Origin: Sminthopsis crassicaudata
Lineage: Eukaryota
DNA: 64,000 nucleotides
NCBI RefSeq assembly: GCF_048593235.1
Contig: NC_133619.1
Span: 636,904,558-636,968,557, forward strand
Reading direction: 5' to 3'
Shown: in pieces, positions 58,943-64,000 of the stretch
How positions within the stretch are numbered: position 1 is the stretch's first letter
Layout of the letters: each line of letters starts with the position of its first letter
Notes under the pieces: model-generated
The model's input: only the letters and a program-made list of their open reading frames with translations
Told to the model about the DNA's origin: nothing
The model's database searches: none
Translations under genes and position numbers: made by a program

Positions 58943-59062
58943 TTAACATGATTGGCCCCCAGAGCAGGGGTAGCCACAGATCACATTCCTCCCTGGCTCT
59001 GAAGGAAGAAGGGATCCAGCCCCAGACGTCGGGGTGGGGATAAGGGAGGAAGAGGAAGCAGC

Positions 59063-59116
59063 TCAGATCTTCCCAGGGAAGGTCTCTTCCGCTCTACGAT
59101 CATCCCAAGTATTCAC
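59063..59116 (-). CDS. COX6B1: Cytochrome c oxidase subunit 6B1, last coding exon
   Basis: VNTWDDRRAEETFPGKI*. Confidence 0.96.
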   Translation of the reverse strand: MNTWDDRRAEETFPGKI

Positions 59117-59508
59117 CTACAGAGGACAGAAAAATATCAACCTGCTTCAGGCCGAGTTTCCCCCTCTTTTTCAGATCTGATTCTATTTTTCACATATGGC
59201 TCACACTCATTTTTCTCAGCCCTTCCACCCCAAAGGTTGTTCCTTCCATCTTACAGAAAAGGGAAGCTCCAAAGGAGGTTAGAGCAGGTTTTCTCAGGGT
59301 CACACAAGGGGTCTGGACTATCACCCGGGCTCCTGGCTCTGGGAAACAATGAAGTCCTGAACCGTGGGAGCCAAGCAGTACGCTAGGCAGGCAACTTTCA
59401 GGGCAGACAGGACTGGAGGGACATCCTTGCACCCCTGGTCACTAAAGGCAGGCATAAATGAAGGGATGAACCCACCCAGGGTCGTTCCCTTCCCCCGAGG
59501 CTACATAC

Positions 59509-59609
59509 CCAGGACAGGGGACAGAGGGACTTGTAGACACGTTTGTACCACTGGCAGACAGACACATCGCCACCTTTCTGGGTCATGGCCTTCTCACAAC
59601 GATGAAAAT
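59509..59609 (-). CDS. COX6B1: Cytochrome c oxidase subunit 6B1, middle coding exon
   Basis: [34 protein letters not shown], 101 nt. Confidence 0.96.
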
Positions 59610-59749
59610 CTAGGAGCCGGAGGAAGAGATTAGTAGCTGGACAGAGAAGCCCATGAGGGTTTGGGGGATTGGAACTCAGGGGTCTGAGATCTCAAGGGGA
59701 ACCAGATGCCTGGGAGTCAACTCAATTCAACAAGTATTTATTGTCTGTG

Positions 59750-59890
59750 GGGCTGCTAGGGGGCGCAGTGGAGAGAGCCCCAGCCCTGAAGTCAGGAGGA
59801 CCCAAGTTCAAATCTGGCCTCAGACACTGAACATTCCTAGCTGTGTGACCCTGGACAAGTCACTTAACCCCAGCCTCAGCAAAAAAAAAA
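59750..59890 (+). mobile_element. Marsupial core SINE with poly-A tail
   Basis: ggggctgctagggggcgcagtgg...aagttcaaatctgg...aagtcacttaacccc followed by an A tail. Confidence 0.85.
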
Positions 59891-60261
59891 AAAAAAGTAT
59901 TTATTATCTGCTCTGTGCCAGGCCCTATGCTAGGGATGCAAAGAGTCTCTCCCCTCCATGAGCTGACATCCTATTGGAGAGAAGAAATAGTTTAGGGGTC
60001 AGGAAGGAGCAATTCCCCCTTTAGTAGTCATGGGAACCTTGTGGACCCCTTTTCAAAATACTGTTTTAGATGCTTACAAATAAAATACACAGGATTATAC
60101 TAGTACACAATATAATACTGCAATTATATTGTATTGTATTTGTTGTCGGTTTTTAAAAAAGAAAAGAAAAACCCAAGCTCAGATTTCGGGTTAGAGCTCT
60201 TGCTGGGAGAAATGGAGGCATGTATAGGTGGGGCTGGGGGCTGAAGGCGGCCGCCACACAC

Positions 60262-60367
60262 CCAGGTAGTTCTGCCAGCAGTTCCGGGTCTGGTTCTGGT
60301 TGGGGAAGCGGCTGTCAAAGGGCGCAGTGCGGTAGTTTCGGATCTTGGTCTTGATGTCTTCAGACAT
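60262..60367 (-). CDS. COX6B1: Cytochrome c oxidase subunit 6B1, first coding exon; full CDS is 86 aa
   Basis: GCCACC ATG giving [35 protein letters not shown]. Confidence 0.97.
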
Positions 60368-60989
60368 GGTGGCTCCTGGACTGGAGAGACAGCAGAGGGT
60401 CACTCGTGGCCGGAGCCTTACGGAACGCCTGCCCCACCCCGGGGGTCTATGCTGGTGAGCCAAGGGGGCCGCAGGTTCAGAGGGGGAAGTCTGGGGGTGG
60501 GGGAGCAGAATCCACCAGGCCATGCTTGGTGGGGGTGGGGATGGCTGCGCTGCTGTGCAAAATGTTCAGGCACAATCAATGAGGGAGGGGCTGGGGAGGG
60601 GCATGGAGGTATGGGAATGCAGGGCAGGGGCCTGAAACAGATGTCTGGAGAAGGCAAGTGTAGAACGGGTACACATGGGGCTGTATGCAGGCAGGTGTAG
60701 AGTGGGGTATTCTGGGTGCACACGTCTCACAGGCGGGGACGCAAATGGGCAGAAGAGGGGCCTGAGGCACCCTGAGGGGTGTCTGCCAAGTGCACGAGGT
60801 GGGGGTGCTTGAGGGAGTGCGCGGTCCACAGGCCAGTGACAAAGTCGGGATATGTCTGGGGGTGAACCACTATAAGCAAGTGTGGAAGGTGGGATGGCGA
60901 TATGTATATCGGGGAGCGCAGCATTCTGGGGAGTCCAGGGGGTGGGATGTGGAGGGATGCACTGAGGAGGTGGGTGACGGGTGTACACA

Positions 60990-61345
60990 AGGACATGCAG
61001 TATAGTGGCCAGTGTGGAAGATGGGGTGAGGAATATGTGAGGATATATGGTATAGAGGCCAGTGTAGAAACGGAGGTGAGGGAATATGTAGGGAAATACA
61101 GTATAATGGCTAGTGGAGAAGATGGGGTGAGGAATATGTGAGAATATACGGTATAGAGGCCAGTATAGAACCGGAAGGTGAGGGGATATATAAGGACATG
61201 CAGTATAGTGGCCAGTGTAGAAGTAGGGATGGGGGTATATATGAGGATATACGGTATAGAAACAATGTAGAAAGAGGTGGGGGGACGGGCGGTACAGGCC
61301 AGTGTAGAAGATGGGAGAGGGATATACGAGGCCGTGCAGCATAGT
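60990..61345. repeat. Degenerate about 50-bp tandem repeat in COX6B1 intron 1
   Basis: Recurrent gtatag(t/a)ggccagtgt(a/g)gaa...ggggtgaggaatatg units. Confidence 0.85.
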
Positions 61346-61804
61346 GGCCGGTGTGGAATCGGAGGCGGGTGCACGCAGGGCCGGGCACTACGGAGGCCCG
61401 TGTAAGTGACGGACGGTACACAGAAGGCCACACGACACGCAGGCCCGAGCAGACGGCGGGGGAGGGGGGGCTGCAGCACTCGGGCCGGGCACCGGGTGGG
61501 CAGGGGCATAAGTGGGGGCACAAAGGCCATGCAGCATAGAGGGGGGCAGAATGCGGAGGTTATCGGGGTACGCGTTTTTCAGGCAAGGGCAGAGAACGGG
61601 GCGCCACGTATCAATGGGGATGCAAAGGGCGCGAGACCCAGGAAGGGCACGCCGCATTCCGGGGCGTGTAGAAGCGGGGTGTGGGTTTATCGGGGTGCGG
61701 GGCATATGGGGGGCGCAGAGGCTGCGATCCGCGGCGGTTATGCAGCATTCAGATAAAAGCCGAAGGAGGAGGTGGGGGGCTCCGGGAATTAGGGGGGGGG
61801 TCAC

Positions 61805-62060
61805 CTGAGGTCGCTTCCGGCGCTGTCGCTGTCCCTGTCTGGGCTACTCCCGCGAACACCGCTGACTCAATGTGACCCTCAGCACTCTGGGTTCGAGACC
61901 GGAAGCGGATGCGCAGCCCGGGACGCAGGGCGGGCAGGGAGGAGGCGAAGCGCAGACTTCCGGTGGGGCTAGAGCGGCCGCGGAGCGAGGGAGGGAGAGC
62001 GCTGCGCGTTCCCGTTGGGCCAGAGAGTCCGCCCATCATTTCTCAGCGAGCCAATCCGCA
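61805..62060 (-). promoter_or_regulatory. COX6B1: COX6B1 non-coding exon 1 and CpG-island promoter
   Basis: Donor CTCAG|GTGAC at 61804; several CCGGAAG (ETS/GABP) motifs at about 61815, 61899 and 61957; CCAAT at about 62050. Confidence 0.75.
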
Positions 62061-63391
62061 TCGGAAACGTAGGGAGCCCCGCCCTTCGCTCCCTCTTCAG
62101 ACCTCCCTCGGCCCAGATCACTCATTTTCTTTTCTTTTAGAAATCGATCTATTAAACATTCACTGAAAAAAAAAAATCTAAATTCCCGCGTTACAAGGGA
62201 GCGCGCGCTAGCCCGGAGTCAAATGTGGCCTCAGACACCTCCTGGCTGTGTGACCCTGGGCAAGTCACTTCCCCCGCCCCCCCCCAGCCTGCCTCAATTT
62301 CCTCATCTGTAAAATGAGCTGGAGAAGGAACCGGCAAAGCCTCCGGCGTCTGCCAAGGACACCCCCGATGGGGTCCCAAAGAAGGGACCGGCCGAACGCC
62401 ATCAAACAAACAGTGAGGGAAAAAGCGCGTCCCCTGCACCGATTGTGGGCCAGGAGTGGAGGCGTTTTCTCTACGTTCAGGAAGTGTCGCGGCCTTCATC
62501 CGGCTGCTTTCCTGGCCGGCCCTTGTTACCTCGCGCGGCTCCTCTGCAAAAAGTCCTCCCGGAGGCACAGCTAGCTTTGCGGCCGGACTTAGGCCGCAGC
62601 ATTTATTAAGCACCTGCTGTGTACAAAGGGATACAAAGAAAACAACCACACATCTGTCATTCCAGAGCTCCTTCCGGCCGCACTGCAGCATTAGGGAAAA
62701 GGGAGGCAGCGAGCTGATGCTGGGCCTTCCCACCAGAAAGGCCTGTTCTGAGTTTCACCTACTGCGTCCCCTCCTGTGTCTGCTACCCGGCAGGGAAACC
62801 CCCCCCCCATCTTGAATTTGCAGCCACGTGGGAGGTTCCCAAAAAATAGCTGACGATAACTGCAGCGACCTGGCTTTGGCTAATTTGCTAGTGCGCTTTG
62901 AAGCTTTGCAAAGTGCTTCACCCAAGTGACGGAATTTGTTGCCCCCACCACTGCCCGCCATTTCCTCCGCCCGCCTTTTCTTGGGTCAAACGCGCTTCAA
63001 ACCGCGGCCACCGCAGAGGGCTCCCCTGAAAGTGAAAGGACCCTCGTTAAACTGGACCCACTGGAGGGGGATGCAGCAAGGAATGACTCCGGGAACCAAC
63101 GGAGTCCGGAGGAGACAAGGTGAGAAGGATCCGAACATGTTCGATTTTCTTCAGTGGGTCCAACTCTCTGTGACCCCGTTTGCGGTAGAGATGCTAGAGC
63201 GGTTTGCCACTTCCTTCTCCAGCCCGTTTTACAGATGAGGAAACTGAGGAAACAGAATGAAGCGACTTGCCCGGGATCACACTGCGAGGAGGTTTCTGAG
63301 GCCTGTTTGAACTCAGGTTCGACTGAGGGCCAGAATTCGACCTCAGCAGCGCCACCTAAAGGCCCGCTCTACATACAGCTTTAGTTTTAAT

Positions 63392-63559
63392 NNNNNNNNN
63401 NNNNNNNNNNNNNNNNNNNNNNNNNNNNNNNNNNNNNNNNNNNNNNNNNNNNNNNNNNNNNNNNNNNNNNNNNNNNNNNNNNNNNNNNNNNNNNNNNNNN
63501 NNNNNNNNNNNNNNNNNNNNNNNNNNNNNNNNNNNNNNNNNNNNNNNNNNNNNNNNNNN
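63392..63559. other. Assembly gap
   Basis: Run of N. Confidence 1.
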
Positions 63560-64000
63560 GCTCCGCAGCCTATATGGCCTTGAACAAATCACTTTAATCT
63601 TTCTTGCCTCAGTTTCCTCACCCAGTAAAGTGAGGGGATTAGACTGGAAGGCCTTCCACTTTTTGCCCAGAGGAGATTTAGTCTCACGTGAGCAGGTAAG
63701 AGGAAAGGCGTGAGGTTCCTAGATCTAGCCAAGAGGATCTTTGGGAGAGCCTGGCCATGAGTTGCAGAAAGACTCAGAAGAAACAGTAGCTCATCACAAA
63801 GTTAGGATTTAAATGAGGGAAACATTTTCACCTGCCGGTGGAGCCAATCAACTTTGTCTCAGCCAGCACCATCTTGATAAAATCTGGTGGAGGAGGATGC
63901 ACAGAAATACTAACTCATTCCTACCTAACGTTCAAGCCATCTTAACACTGCTTCTCCCTTCTCCTCCCCCTGCTCCCACTGACGAGTCTCAGATAGCCAG

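Noticed and set aside
60566-61530. 258- and 267-aa ORFs in COX6B1 intron 1
   Set aside because: Low-complexity products of the 50-bp array and GC-rich island
62750-64000. ETV2 3' exons expected upstream of COX6B1 from human synteny
   Set aside because: No ETS-domain coding sequence recognised; it may lie beyond the window or in the gap

Overview
GC-rich, gene-dense eukaryotic genomic DNA, most likely from a dasyurid marsupial. That assignment is inferred from marsupial core-SINEs, marsupial-type L1 ends and OC1-type hAT MITEs. The window corresponds to part of the human 19q13.12 cluster. All genes lie on the minus strand, in transcription order: COX6B1 (complete, 86 aa), a nephrin (NPHS1)-like gene, UPK1A (complete, 252 aa), a ZBTB32 pseudogene, and KMT2B exon 1. 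Two things stand out. First, the nephrin gene sits between COX6B1 and UPK1A, in the same orientation, with no KIRREL2 head-to-head partner, unlike human and mouse. 27 of its 29 exons are intact and in phase, but exon 24 has lost its transmembrane helix and the 27-nt exon 25 is 1 nt out of register with the ancestral frame. A duplicated AATAAA-bearing unit and a candidate in-frame replacement exon lie in the same interval, pointing to a membrane-anchor-less, possibly secreted nephrin paralog. An early pseudogene or a local misassembly are the alternatives. Second, ZBTB32 is dead (lost ATG, many stops and frameshifts, ZF1 deleted, a 22-nt intron), yet its presumed CpG-island/CCAAT promoter about 10 kb upstream looks intact. 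Repeats include a deleted betaretrovirus-like provirus with a nested solo LTR, inserted in an old L2, a truncated L1 with TSDs, two hAT MITEs and several minisatellites. There are two N gaps (33279-33979, 63392-63559). Exon models were built by eye from splice signals and remembered human protein sequences; no database search was run.
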